Source: an uncultured Armatimonadia bacterium (GTDB taxonomy: Bacteria; Armatimonadota; Zipacnadia; CAVVLO01). From it: DNA of 64,000 bases. The notes beneath the pieces were generated by a model. It did not search any database. It was not told the DNA's origin and was given only the letters and a program-made list of their open reading frames with translations. The DNA lies in contig CAVVLO010000002.1 in NCBI GenBank assembly GCA_963749155.1, forward strand, positions 1,472,001 through 1,536,000. The letters are read 5' to 3'. Shown one piece after another: positions 1 through 10,831 of the stretch (position 1 is its first letter; each line of letters opens with the position of its first letter). A program made the translations under genes and the position numbers.

Positions 1-187
1 CGGCAGTGTAAGCGGCACAGTTTATGACGACCTCGGGCTTCCAGTCGGCGAAGAAAGCCAGCGTGGCGGGCGCATCGGTGAGGTCGAGCTCGGCGATATC
101 AATACCCAGCACCTCATGGTCAGGCGCCATAAGCTGGACGAGTTCGCTGCCCAGCATCCCTTTTGCGCCTGTAACCAGTAGTCTCAT
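1..187 (-). CDS. rfbD: dTDP-4-dehydrorhamnose reductase, N-terminal part (runs off window)
   Basis: Manual translation MRLLVTGAKGMLGSEL...KPEVVINCAAYTA (GxxGxxG and NCAAYT motifs); ATGA overlap with the rfbC stop. Confidence 0.9.
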   Translation of the reverse strand, partial: MRLLVTGAKGMLGSELVQLMAPDHEVLGIDIAELDLTDAPATLAFFADWKPEVVINCAAYTA

Positions 188-651
188 CCGTGCGGCACCT
201 CCCAACTGTAGGGGATGACCGGCGTGTTAAAGGGCAACCGCTCCTCATCGGGCTGTTCGTAGTTGTAAGCCTCGGTGACGAGATTGACCATTACAGCTTC
301 GATGTCACTGATACACTTCCAGCCGTGATAAACCCCTTTGGGGATGTGGATTAGCAGCGGGTTGTGGATACCGATGCAAAATTCGTTGAGCTTGCCTTTG
401 GTGGGGCTGCCCTCGCGCTGGTCGAACATCGCGAGCCGGATCATCCCGCACACGCAAGCCACATTGTCATCCTGCAGCCTGTGAAGATGCCAGGCCTTTA
501 CGATACCGGGCCGGGTAGTCGTTACATAGACCTGGCCGAACTTCTCATAGACTTCGTCATCGCACCGGACCAGTTCCATCAGGCGACCGCGCTCGTCGGG
601 GATGCAACGCAATTGCTTGAGCTTGACTCCGTCTATCAACGTTCTAGCCAT
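184..651 (-). CDS. rfbC: dTDP-4-dehydrorhamnose 3,5-epimerase family (cupin)
   Basis: DERG, KAWHLH and IPKGVYHG motifs; rfb context. Confidence 0.9.
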   Translation of the reverse strand: MARTLIDGVKLKQLRCIPDERGRLMELVRCDDEVYEKFGQVYVTTTRPGIVKAWHLHRLQDDNVACVCGMIRLAMFDQREGSPTKGKLNEFCIGIHNPLLIHIPKGVYHGWKCISDIEAVMVNLVTEAYNYEQPDEERLPFNTPVIPYSWEVPHG

Positions 652-663
652 CGAAAGGCCTCC

Positions 664-1731
664 TTATGGCAACTCGACTCTACTTTGATCTCCAATAACA
701 AGCCTGCAAGCCCTCGGTCTGCCCGCCGAACGACAGACAGTCGCATCGCGCCCAACCAGGCAGGAATCCAGCCTGGTGTCCGGTCCACCGAGTACCTTGC
801 ACCCATCCAGCAGGATACTGTGCTCAACTTCGGCCTCCTGGATAACTACCCCGGCGCCAATCGCGGTATAGGGCCCGATAAAACTGTCTTCTATACGCGC
901 TTTGGGACCAATTATTATGGGGCCTCGCAAGGTGCTGTCCTTGACAACGGCGCCCTCTGCGATGGAGATGGGTCCTGAGAGAGTGCTGTTTTCGGTTTTA
1001 CCCCTGATGTCGTTCTCAAGCAGGTCGAGTACCAGCCGGTTGGCCTCGAGTAGATCCTCTGGCTTGCCGGTGTCCTTCCACCAGCCCTCGACCTGGTGGG
1101 GCATAACGGCATAACCGTTATCAACCAGCCACTGCAAGGCATCGGTAATCTCAAGCTCTCCCCTGGGGCTTGGCTTGATGGCTTCGACAGCCTCGAAGAC
1201 AGGGTCGGAAAACATATATACGCCGACCAGAGCCAGATTTGAGGGGGGCACTTCGGGCTTCTCGACGAGTCTTACGACCTTGCCCGCGCCGTCCAGTTCG
1301 ACGACACCGAACCGGTTAGGATGCTCAACGCGCGCGAGCAGTATCATCGCGTCAGGCTGGGCTTGCTCGAATTCGTAGGCAAACTGTTTTACGCCGGCGC
1401 GCAGCAGATTGTCGCCCAGATACATCAGGAAAGGTTCTCCCTCGAGCAGGGGACGGGCCAGTTTTACGCAGTGGGCCAGGCCCAAAGGCTTTTCCTGGTA
1501 GACATATTCGACCCGCAGGCCCCAGGCAGAGCCATCGCCGACCGCGGCGCGGACTTCTTCAGCGGTTTCGCCGACGATTATGACGGTCTCCTGGATGCCA
1601 GCTTCAGCCAAAGCTTCAAGCCCATAGAAGAGCACCGGTTTATTGGCGACCGGGATAAGCTGCTTGGCGCTTGTATACGTGAGGGGACGCAGGCGAGTAC
1701 CGCTGCCACCGCTCAGGACGAGCCCCCGCAT
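664..1731 (-). CDS. rfbA: glucose-1-phosphate thymidylyltransferase, long form with C-terminal beta-helix
   Basis: LSGGSGTRLRPLT, KQLIPVANKP, RGELEITDA; start set at MRGLVLSGG. Confidence 0.93.
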   Translation of the reverse strand: MRGLVLSGGSGTRLRPLTYTSAKQLIPVANKPVLFYGLEALAEAGIQETVIIVGETAEEVRAAVGDGSAWGLRVEYVYQEKPLGLAHCVKLARPLLEGEPFLMYLGDNLLRAGVKQFAYEFEQAQPDAMILLARVEHPNRFGVVELDGAGKVVRLVEKPEVPPSNLALVGVYMFSDPVFEAVEAIKPSPRGELEITDALQWLVDNGYAVMPHQVEGWWKDTGKPEDLLEANRLVLDLLENDIRGKTENSTLSGPISIAEGAVVKDSTLRGPIIIGPKARIEDSFIGPYTAIGAGVVIQEAEVEHSILLDGCKVLGGPDTRLDSCLVGRDATVCRSAGRPRACRLVIGDQSRVELP

Positions 1732-1735
1732 CAGA

Positions 1736-2818
1736 TTACCTCCCAACATTATGGCGAGAGAAGACCGCAAGGCCGAGTAACAAAAGCAAGGCGGGCGACC
1801 ACCAGGCCGCAATCGCCGGAGACATCATACCAAGCCCCGCCAGTGCGCGACTCCAGTTGAGCGCTCCGTTGGCAAAGAATACCACAAGCACCGCCACGAG
1901 CAGGCCCGCAAAAGGCCCTCCTCTACAGAAGCGCACGGCAAGCGGAAATACGACTAGCGCAAATATGACACAGGTGACAGGCAAAACCAGCTTGAATTGC
2001 GCTTCGAGCGCCATCTCCTTCGTTTTGCGAGAGACAATTCCTGCTGCTTCCATCACCTTGACTGACTGGGTGAGTTCCATCAGTGACAGTTCGGAAGGGT
2101 CACGAGTGTCGGCCCAATACTCCTGGATGGCTTCCTTTAGCTGCAAGGGGCGTTTCTCGAAGCGAGTGACTTTTGAAAGTTGTCCCTCACTGTCCAGGAG
2201 GAACTCTGCGCCGTTTTCCAGCACCCAGGTTGTGCCTGAGAAATGCGCTTCAGGCGCCACGAGGATGCGCGCCCCCCGCTCGCTTTTTTCGAGCAGCGTG
2301 ATGTCCTTGAGCGCGCGTTCACCAGGGGAAAGCCGGCGCACATAGTAGAATTCGCCACTTGGGCCTTTGAAGAAGAGGTTCTCACTGGGCCATTCACGTC
2401 CGCTCCGGGCCAGCAGTTCGTTCATCACCTGATTGGATTTGGTCGCCGCAAGGGGCGAAAGCCATTGCTCCGAGGCCAGAGTGAGGAAGCCGACAGCAAA
2501 GGCAAAGAGAAGCACCGGAAGAAAAAGTCGCCAGGGCGGTATACGCGCGGCGTTCAGAGTCAGATATTCTGTTTCGCGCGCAAAACGGGTCGCCATCAGG
2601 GCAACGCCCACGGCAACGGCTACCGGCAGAACGTAACCGGCCAGGCTGGGCATCTGGTACAGTATGTATTTGAGGAACAGCAACAGCCCAGCGTTGCTTT
2701 CCAGCAGTTCGGTCGAGTTGAAAGTAGTCTGCAGCATCAGGACTGCCGCGAAGACAAGCCCGCCTGCGATAAAAGGCGGAAGGAGCTCGCGCAAGAGATA
2801 GCGATCAAGTAGCTTCAC
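1736..2818 (-). CDS. LptF/LptG family permease
   Basis: MKLLDRYLLRELL start, 3 TM + periplasmic domain + 3 TM, P.ELS..EL motif. Confidence 0.88.
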   Translation of the reverse strand: MKLLDRYLLRELLPPFIAGGLVFAAVLMLQTTFNSTELLESNAGLLLFLKYILYQMPSLAGYVLPVAVAVGVALMATRFARETEYLTLNAARIPPWRLFLPVLLFAFAVGFLTLASEQWLSPLAATKSNQVMNELLARSGREWPSENLFFKGPSGEFYYVRRLSPGERALKDITLLEKSERGARILVAPEAHFSGTTWVLENGAEFLLDSEGQLSKVTRFEKRPLQLKEAIQEYWADTRDPSELSLMELTQSVKVMEAAGIVSRKTKEMALEAQFKLVLPVTCVIFALVVFPLAVRFCRGGPFAGLLVAVLVVFFANGALNWSRALAGLGMMSPAIAAWWSPALLLLLGLAVFSRHNVGR

Positions 2819-2838
2819 ACTTACTATTGTAGCCTGTT

Positions 2839-3570
2839 ATGCCCCAGGAAGGGGAGAGGAGAGGACGACTATCAACGACCAGCCCCAGGAGAGAGATAAA
2901 GAACGCGGATTTTGGGGAGGAACTCGGCAGCGCGCTGGCCAGGCCTGAGGCCCAGATATTGCTGCTGGTCACGGTCGTGCTGGTCTTCGAATGGCACCAC
3001 CGCAATCTGTGGGGATTGCCGCATCAGTACTGGACCTTTGCGTGGTTCCTCACCAGTCTGGCGTGCTTCTTCCTGGTACCCCTGGTTTTCACGGCGCTTC
3101 ACCCGAAAATAAAAGTAAGCGAGACAGGACTTGGCCTGGGCGACTGGCGCTGGTGGGGCAAGTGGACGGCGCTGCTGTTCGCTGGGATGCTGCCGGTGCT
3201 TTTTGTAGCCGCAAATCGTCAGGAGTTTCGCGATTTTTATCCCTTATGGTCAGGCGCAAGAAACGGAGGACTTGGGCTGCTGGCTTTCGAGGCCAGTTAC
3301 GTGGCGTATTTCTTCGCGTGGGAATATCTGTACCGGGGTTTCCTGCTACAACCACTGGCAAAGAAGCTCGGTCCGGTGGCTATTGTTATCCAGACCTTGC
3401 CCTTTGCGCTGACGCACTTCACCAAACCCGAGCCGGAAGTATGGGGGGCTATCATCGCAGGGCTTGCGCTGGGCGCGTTGGCCTGGCGCGGCAAGAGCTT
3501 CTGGCCCGCCTTCCTCTTGCACGCGGCCTGCGCGGTCACTTTCGACCTGCTTTGCGTCTATCTGCCCTAG
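2839..3570 (+). CDS. CPBP/CAAX family intramembrane metalloprotease
   Basis: WEYLYRG, FALTH and AFLLH motifs; start uncertain. Confidence 0.85.
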   Translation: MPQEGERRGRLSTTSPRREIKNADFGEELGSALARPEAQILLLVTVVLVFEWHHRNLWGLPHQYWTFAWFLTSLACFFLVPLVFTALHPKIKVSETGLGLGDWRWWGKWTALLFAGMLPVLFVAANRQEFRDFYPLWSGARNGGLGLLAFEASYVAYFFAWEYLYRGFLLQPLAKKLGPVAIVIQTLPFALTHFTKPEPEVWGAIIAGLALGALAWRGKSFWPAFLLHAACAVTFDLLCVYLP

Positions 3571-4247
3571 CCTTCAGGATGAGAGAGCAACTCGGCCAGT
3601 TTCTCGGCGAAGGCTTTGGCCTGATCCGGGCCACTCGCGGTCACAAATAAACCTGACTCCACAACCCCTGGCCCCATATAATTGGCGCCAGCCTCGGTCA
3701 GCAGATCACTTCGGCTTTCGGTAATAGTGGCGTCTTCGCCCTTCAGCAGGCCGGCCTTGGCCAGGATACCTGGGGCCAGGCAGATGGCAGCCACAATCTT
3801 GTTTTCCTCGGCAGCCTCTCGCGCAATCGCCAGGGCTTCAGGATCATCGAAATAATCCGATGCGCCCGAGCCTCCGATAAACACGACGGCATCGTAGTCA
3901 GGCACTTTTACTTTGGACAGGGCCAGGTCGGGCATAACTTCGGCGCCCTCCATCCCGGTCGCTGCCGTTTTTTTCTTGCTGGCAACTGTAAGGGTCGCGC
4001 CCTGGTCACCGAGCAGGAGTCGAGGTTCGGTAAATTCGACATCGTTGAAGTCTTTCTGGGCAATCACAAGCAGTACTTTGGTCCCTTCGAGTGCGGCAGG
4101 GGTTTGCGGTTCTGTCGCAGGCGCGGGTTTGGTTATCGGCGCCGGAGTGGGCGGGGCAGGGGGCTTCACGGCCTCGCGCTGACTACAACCGGCAACCAGC
4201 AGGCCTGCGAAAACGACTACTACCAAAAGGAGCAAACCACGATACAC
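3567..4247 (-). CDS. DJ-1/PfpI family lipoprotein
   Basis: Lipobox LVAGC, Pro-rich linker, DVEF, YDAVVFIGG, AAICLAP. Confidence 0.88.
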   Translation of the reverse strand: MYRGLLLLVVVVFAGLLVAGCSQREAVKPPAPPTPAPITKPAPATEPQTPAALEGTKVLLVIAQKDFNDVEFTEPRLLLGDQGATLTVASKKKTAATGMEGAEVMPDLALSKVKVPDYDAVVFIGGSGASDYFDDPEALAIAREAAEENKIVAAICLAPGILAKAGLLKGEDATITESRSDLLTEAGANYMGPGVVESGLFVTASGPDQAKAFAEKLAELLSHPEG

Positions 4248-4320
4248 AAGACTTCACCTCGCGCAGTACGACTGGGACAATTGTACTCTTGAAGTCAAGA
4301 AGTGGGCAGGGGGAGACTTG

Positions 4321-5598
4321 CTATTCGAAGACGCGCTTGGCGCCTACATAAGTGCGCAGGTAGTAGCCCTCGTTCAGGCTGTTTACGGTAACGCCTCGGC
4401 TCGGATTGGCCGCGTGGACGAACTTGCCGCCACCGATATAGACGCCCACGTGGCTGACGCGATCGCCGCGGGTGTTGAAGAAGACCAGATCGCCCTTCAC
4501 GAGGTCTGACTTGGCGACCTTGCGCCCAATGCCCGTATATTGCTGCCCCGCGTGGTGGGGGGCCTTGATGCCAAGTTTGGACAGGCAATAAGCGGTGAGG
4601 CCAGAGCAGTCGAATCCGCGAGAACTCATCCCGCCGTAACGATAACCAGTGCCCTTGTATTGCAAGGCGGTGTTGGCGAGTTTTTCAGCGCTGCTACTCG
4701 GGGTACCGGAGTCGTCGTAGTTTTCGGCGCTCAGGGCCATATCGACTGGAGCGTCAGCCGTCAACAGCTCGGAGAAGACCCATCCCTGTTTGCCATCGCC
4801 GAAGCTGACCTGATACCAACTACCGCTCTGGTCTATCAGATAGACCTTGGCATCGCGAGGAAGCAGGCTTACTTTTTCGGCTTCCAGATCGGGCTTTGTG
4901 CGGATATTGGCAGCGTCGCAGTTGATCCACAAAGGCTTCTGCCCGGGGAAATCTATCAGGTTGGAGTAAATCCAGCCCTTCACGCCCGTAGGCAACTCGA
5001 CCTGGATCCAGTCGCCCTGCACGAGCAGCGGCTTTACGCGGGTATCCTGGTCTACCTGGCAGACAAGCTCGGCCTCGGTGGTGGGCTCTTTCCGGACGTT
5101 TACCGTGTCGTAGCCAATCCACCCGACTTCGGCATCTGCCTTGCGAGGCTTGTTTGGGTCGATTTTGGCGCCTTTGAAAGCGGCGTCATACTTGGCTTTT
5201 ACGTTTAGGGGTGCCTGCGAATAGGGGAAGGTCTCGACTACCCAGCCTGCGACCCAGCCTTCGGTGCCAGTCGGGAAGAGGATATGCCACCATTGGTCTT
5301 TTTTACCAAGGGCTTTGAAGATGCGTCCATGCTCGACCTTGGCCACTGCATCGGCGAGGGTGGAAGGCTTGGCGCGCAGATTTACTAGCTCTTCGGATAT
5401 GTACCCAATGCGAAAATCCGCCTGGTCGGCATATGCCGCGGCGGTGGTTATGAGCCCAGTATCAGGCGCAATCAAAAGCCCCCACGGTTGCAGTACAAGT
5501 GCCAGGAGAAAACTCCAAAAACAAACCTGGCACGCGCTACGAGCAACGCGTGAGACGAGGGCAGTTAGTTGGCTGCTGTGTGTGTGCGATGTTCCCAC
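4321..5598 (-). CDS. SH3-repeat NlpC/P60 cell-wall peptidase
   Basis: Three bacterial SH3-like repeats (N.R..P...GW) and an FDCSG...HVG...HAA catalytic domain. Confidence 0.92.
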   Translation of the reverse strand: MGTSHTHSSQLTALVSRVARSACQVCFWSFLLALVLQPWGLLIAPDTGLITTAAAYADQADFRIGYISEELVNLRAKPSTLADAVAKVEHGRIFKALGKKDQWWHILFPTGTEGWVAGWVVETFPYSQAPLNVKAKYDAAFKGAKIDPNKPRKADAEVGWIGYDTVNVRKEPTTEAELVCQVDQDTRVKPLLVQGDWIQVELPTGVKGWIYSNLIDFPGQKPLWINCDAANIRTKPDLEAEKVSLLPRDAKVYLIDQSGSWYQVSFGDGKQGWVFSELLTADAPVDMALSAENYDDSGTPSSSAEKLANTALQYKGTGYRYGGMSSRGFDCSGLTAYCLSKLGIKAPHHAGQQYTGIGRKVAKSDLVKGDLVFFNTRGDRVSHVGVYIGGGKFVHAANPSRGVTVNSLNEGYYLRTYVGAKRVFE

Positions 5599-5608
5599 GT
5601 CGGTTGTA

Positions 5609-5636
5609 AGTATACCATCCTGCCTGGTTTAGTCAA
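5609..5636 (-). promoter_or_regulatory. putative sigma70-type promoter of the NlpC/P60 gene
   Basis: TTGACT-16-TATACT on the minus strand. Confidence 0.5.
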
Positions 5637-5786
5637 CCCGGACCACTCTCGCGCCCCGTCTGAAGCCAAAGCAACGACTGTAGTACCTTACTATGAACGT
5701 GCACCAATCAGGAAGCCGGACTCATATTCTACCAGCCAGGCCGGCCTCCTGCCGACTAAAAAATGAAATCTGTTAGTGACTGGTAA

Positions 5787-8700
5787 CTAGCCTGAGACCT
5801 TCGTTATCCGTAGCGACAGAAGTCGGAAATTTCTGTCCTCGGGTGGATCCCATTCATCGTTGATGAATTCGACGCGCACTATATGCTTGCCGAGGGCCAG
5901 TTGCGCCTGGGTAACAACGGCCTCGGGGCCAGGGCCGGAATAGGCGAGTTCATCCACCTGCTTGCCATCCACAAAGACGCGTATTATCGGGAAGATACCC
6001 TTGACCGAGGTGCCGCCCCCAACGACGGCCAGTTCATATACTCCTGCGGAAAACGCTTCGACTTCCACCTCTACCGCGCCGTTGCTGCCCAGGTAGAAAC
6101 CGTCAGAGGTGGGATTTGCCCAGGGGGTGTCCCAGGCCAGTTTAAAGGCCTGGCCAGGTATCTCCAACTCCAGATTGCTGCCCTCGGCAGTCACTCCGAG
6201 CCCTGCCAGCAGCCCTGAGAGATAACGATCGGCGTGGCGTTGATAGGAGCCGGCGGCGTCCCAGCGCACCTGATCGAGCAGCAGACGCCCCTTGCCAAGG
6301 CGGAGCTCCGAAAGCACCGCTGGCTGACAAAGAGGAGTGAAGCCCTCCCAGGCCTTGGCTTCCAGCACCTGGACTCGATCGAACATCAGGTTGCGATCCT
6401 GACCGTTTATGACGGCGTCATTGGTGAAGACCACCTGGAGAGTATGCTGGCCCGCCGCAAGAGGGCCAAGTTCGACAAGATAGGTGTCATGCGCATCCGA
6501 GACGATCACCGGATTGTGCAGGACATCATCTACGATAAGATCCACCCGGGGAAACTCGCCCTGGGCGGGGGTGCCCCAGGCGCGGAAGGTAAGCGAGTAA
6601 CTCCCTTCTTTGGGCAAACTGAAGAGAGCCTCGGGGACGGCAGCAGCCGCATAGAGGCCAAAAAACTCCGCGCTGCGAGCGGCCAGGCCTTCCGTTGGCA
6701 AGTTGAAATCGAGGGGTCCCAGTGTGACGATGGCGGACGAATCGCCTTCAGGCACGACTAGCTGGGGGAGCGCCCTAGCTACCGGCACGACCGAGGTCTC
6801 CGTCTCCTCTTGCTGCCAGCCGAGGAAAGGATGCCACCACAGGTCATGCAGATTGAGCCAGGTGGCCAGCTCTCCCTGTTTGGTCAAGACTTCGCGGGGC
6901 GCTTGCCGCCTGATGGCCAGGTGGCCCTCGGTGAGCTGCTCGAGCACCGAAGACGCAGTGGCGTCCAGGTTGTGCATTACGACAGTTGCGCCGCTTTCAA
7001 CCGCCTGGCGCAGCGCTCCTACCTCTGGAAGACCGAGGTTTTGGGCGTTAACCAGGAACAAACCCGCGTTGGACAGGTCGGCTTCCTCGGTGGGCGCTTC
7101 GTAGACCAGTTGCAGCCTGTCGAGGGCTTGTTGCCAAACGCCAGAGGGGTCCAGCACCACAGGGGTTACGGGCGCAGGTTCCGGCTGGGTCGCCTTGTCC
7201 AGCAGCCAGCGCAGCAACTCGGAAGCCAGCGGTTCGGCTTGGAGTGAATTGATGACGTCGAGCTGGCACAGGTAATACGCCCCCGCGCCCAATCGCCATT
7301 TGAAGAGAGGCGAACACTCGAGCCCCTGGCTGGTCGCGCTGGTGAGGAAGGTCTCGGTCGCGCCAGTCGTCGGGCGGCTCCACGAAAAGCGCGCGCAATA
7401 ACCGTCCGGCTGCCAGAAGTCGAGGCCGGCTTCTGTGAACAAGCCCTCCAGCGGGCGCTGCTCGAAGACGCGCGCGCAAGGGGCTTCGGCAAGCGCAAGT
7501 GGTAACACCTCAGGCTGGGAGGCGCGCTGCGGCAGGATAATCGCTCGCCCTCCGGCTGCCACGAAATCCATCAGCCCGTAGGAGCGCTCTTTGCCGACCA
7601 CAAAGCCTTCCTGGGCTTGCCCAAACGCGTCGGCGCCTATGAGTACGATATCAAAGGCCGACAGGTCGCCCTGGAGAGTCTCAATCCTGGTGAAGGGCTG
7701 TTCTTCAAGCAGCTCAGCGGTCGTGCCAGCAGGATCCCAAAGGCCGATGCGCGCGCCTTCGGGCAGCCGCAGAGGACGCCTTGCGAAACTGTAGCAAGTC
7801 TCTTCATAGCCTCGGGCGCCCTCGATGCCGTCCAGCCGCGCTGTCAGCGTGAAGGCTGCAGGCTCACGGCCGGCGGGAGGGGCTTCGAACTCCAGCACGA
7901 GTTTCACCCGGTCTGCCGGGCCGAGTTTTACTGGTGACCGGACTTCGGAAGTGAAGCCTTTCCCATCGGTAGCTGTCAGCACCAGCTCGGTTTCGATCGC
8001 CTGGGTGGAATCGTTCATCACATAACAGGTGCGCGGGTAGCGCTGGCCTGCGAAAAATCGCTTCGAGGGCTCTCTCACCACGATGCTGACGGGCACATAG
8101 TGCTCTTTCAGCGTGCCCCAGAGCAGCCCTTTGGCTTTTGGAGATTCTTCTGTCGGCGTCCAGGGGCAGAAGCCAGTAACGCCCAGGGCTCGATAGGCGT
8201 CCACCTGGTCGGCCCAGACCGCGGCTTTGGCCTTCATATAGACCTGGGGCATCCCAAAAGCCGTCTCGCCGAACAAAGAGGAGAAGGCCTGGACATTTTG
8301 GTTCGGCATCCAGAGGAACTCGCCGATGTAGAGAGGCTTCTCGCGCGTCCACTGCCACTCTCGCGCAGGATAAGTCTGCAGGCTGGTCGGTTTTTCCATC
8401 CACCAGGCTTCCTGGGGGAAGTTAACGCGGTCGGGGTATTCCCAGGGATAGTGCAGATTGATGATATCGGCGCCGCCCGCCGGGTCCTCATCGCCGTCAT
8501 ACATTATCAGGCGCGTGGCATCGAGGCCTCGGACATAGTCGGCCAGGGCCGAAAGCTCCTGGGCGACCGGCTCCTTCCGGGCGCGCGCCGGTCAGCAGCA
8601 ATTCGTTCTCCAGGCTGTACATCACCACGGAGGGATGGTTCACGTCGCGGGCAATCAGGCCCTGCCAGTGGCTCTGCAGGTTCTGCCAATATTCGGGCCG

Positions 8701-9819
8701 GTCGGTTGCAAAATCGGAGCCAAAGCACCAGTTGGCGGATTCCTCTATAAGGTATATGCCAATCTCGTCAGCGTGGCTGTAGAACTCCTCCGGCCAGACA
8801 TTGGCGTGCAGGCGGAAGCAGTTGATGTTGTTGGCCTTGGCGTAATCCAGCATATCGGGCTTCCAGCTTGCGCCTGGATGGCCAGCGCTGCCGCGGAAGA
8901 TGGTCTTCACGCCGTTCACGTACACGTCGGCGCCCTCTCGCCATATCTCCCTGAACCCAAAACGCGTCTTTTCCTCATCCAGAAGGTTGCCAGGGGGGGC
9001 AGTGAGGGCCGTATTTACAAAGTAGAGAGAGGGTGATTCGGGCGACCAGAGCTCCGGGTTGGGCCAGTCGGCCTCGAAGCTGACAGTCTGAGTGCTTCGC
9101 GCAGGCAGGGTCAGCCGCTTTGGCGCCAGTTCAGGCGCTCTCGGTCCTGCCAGGCGGGGGCTCAACTCGACTTCGAGGGGCGCATCGGAGAAGGATTCCA
9201 CGGTTATCGCGAGGTCGATTTGCTTCTTGCGGAAACTGGTGGTCACGACGACGTCCCGGATGCGCGCCTGGTTATAACCGCGCACTTCGACGGGCTGCCA
9301 GATGCCATACTGGGCTGGATGCGAGCCAACAGGCGCCAGCACGGTTTTCGGCTCCCAGGTGAGTTCCCAATCGGCAATCTTGGCGCGCAACTCTTCATCA
9401 AGGGCGCCAGGCACGAGCAGATTGGCGACTTCACCGGCGGCCACGATTACAGTGTTAAGGCCTGGCCGGATATGCGCAGTGAGGTCCACTTCAAAAGGCG
9501 TCCAGCCGCCCCACTGGCCGCCTGCAAGCTGGCCGTTTACGTAGACTTTCGAGACATAATTCACTCCCCCGAACCACAGCTTGAGGGCGCTGAAACGCGC
9601 TTCCTGGGGCAGCTCGAACTGGGTGCGATAGTGGAGCCAGGTCAGTCTCGCATCCATCGGCTGGTCGCCCAGCTCAATCGGCTTCCACGCCAGGTCACTG
9701 GTGGGAGCCTCTGTGGGAGCATAAGCGGCTTCCCAATTGTCCAGATTGACGACCCAGGGCGCCGCGCAAGCCCAGGTTGTGAGGAGAAGCAAGAGGGTCA
9801 GTAAGAGCAGAAGCTGCAC
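5787..9819 (-). CDS. secreted glycoside hydrolase family 2 protein with C-terminal CBM60-like domains; apparent frameshift near 8580
   Basis: Signal peptide, WFGGVNY..VNG, WSPESP.LY, FGFRE, NHPSVVMYSLENE; the second frame continues DATRLIMYDGD; two FxND..DRN modules. Confidence 0.8.
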
Positions 9820-10004
9820 CAGGACCACCTCCAGCGGAGTGGAAGCTACTTCGATGGAGGGGACAGTTTCCCTGCGAGAGGGCCAGTTGTCGTTTATAGG
9901 ACTGGCGGAAAGGTAAACAAAGATAACTTTATATAACGGGGGATAAACAGCAACTAGTAGTAATTGTAACATTTAACATCTTATTGGACACCTGCGGCAG
10001 CTAG

Positions 10005-10049
10005 TTGACAAAATTCAGGGGCGAGGTACGATAGCTAGGGAACGTTCCC
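10005..10049 (+). promoter_or_regulatory. sigma70-type promoter followed by a perfect palindrome (LacI-type operator candidate)
   Basis: TTGACA-16-TACGAT, then GGGAACGTTCCC at 10038-10049. Confidence 0.55.
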
Positions 10050-10112
10050 AAGGCCTCACGGACTCACCTGCTGTTGCTGCCGAGAAGAGAGATTCGCAGT
10101 AGGAGGGTAACT

Positions 10113-10831
10113 ATGGACCTCGCCGAGGTAAACAAAAGCACTCTCCAGCCCATAGCGGGCAGGCGAGTCAGGGCCTTGCTGCTCGGTCTTCCAATTGCCA
10201 TACCACTAATTACGGTCCAGTTCCCGGCCTGGTCCGTCTTCAGTGTGCTGCTGGGCCAATACCAGGCGGCCTGGATTATCAACCTCCTCTTCGGCGCTGG
10301 TTATGCGGTCGCCAACCTGGTCTGCCTAGGCCCGCTAGCTGAGTTTGGACCACAGCAGCTCGAAAGCGCGTTGTTCGCGGTGGGCACCCTGGCTCAGATC
10401 TCACGCTTCGCGGGGCTCGCGGTCATCATCAAGGGAGTGGTGGGCGATGAGCCAGACCAGCCCCTATCAGGCAAGGCAACAACCTCATCCGATCCTGTGC
10501 TATGGGCAGTCGTGCTTGGGCCTACCGGCCTCGGGCAGTTCCTTCAGCACCAATGGCTGAAGGCCTGGTTGTTCTCGATGCCCTTCCTCGCGCTTGTCAG
10601 ACTGATAAGCCTGCAGGGCGTTGGCCCGTTGAAGCGCAATGTGCCCTTCCGTCTACTTGGGGGGAGCGCTTGATGGAACTCCCCTTCTTCCGTTATGGGG
10701 CCGAGTCGCAGTGGTTCCTCTGGTTGCTGCTTGGCATCCTTTGGCTGGCGGCCATCTGGGATGCCTGGGACACTCAGCGGAAGGCAGGGCAGGCGGAGCC
10801 GGCAGGCAGTTCATGTGAGAGGGTGATCTAA
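10113..10831 (+). CDS. hypothetical multi-pass membrane protein (paralogue A); frameshift probably at the G6 run 10659-10664
   Basis: AGGAGG RBS; hydrophobic; the shifted frame ends LWLAAIWDAWDTQRKA, as in the next gene. Confidence 0.6.
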
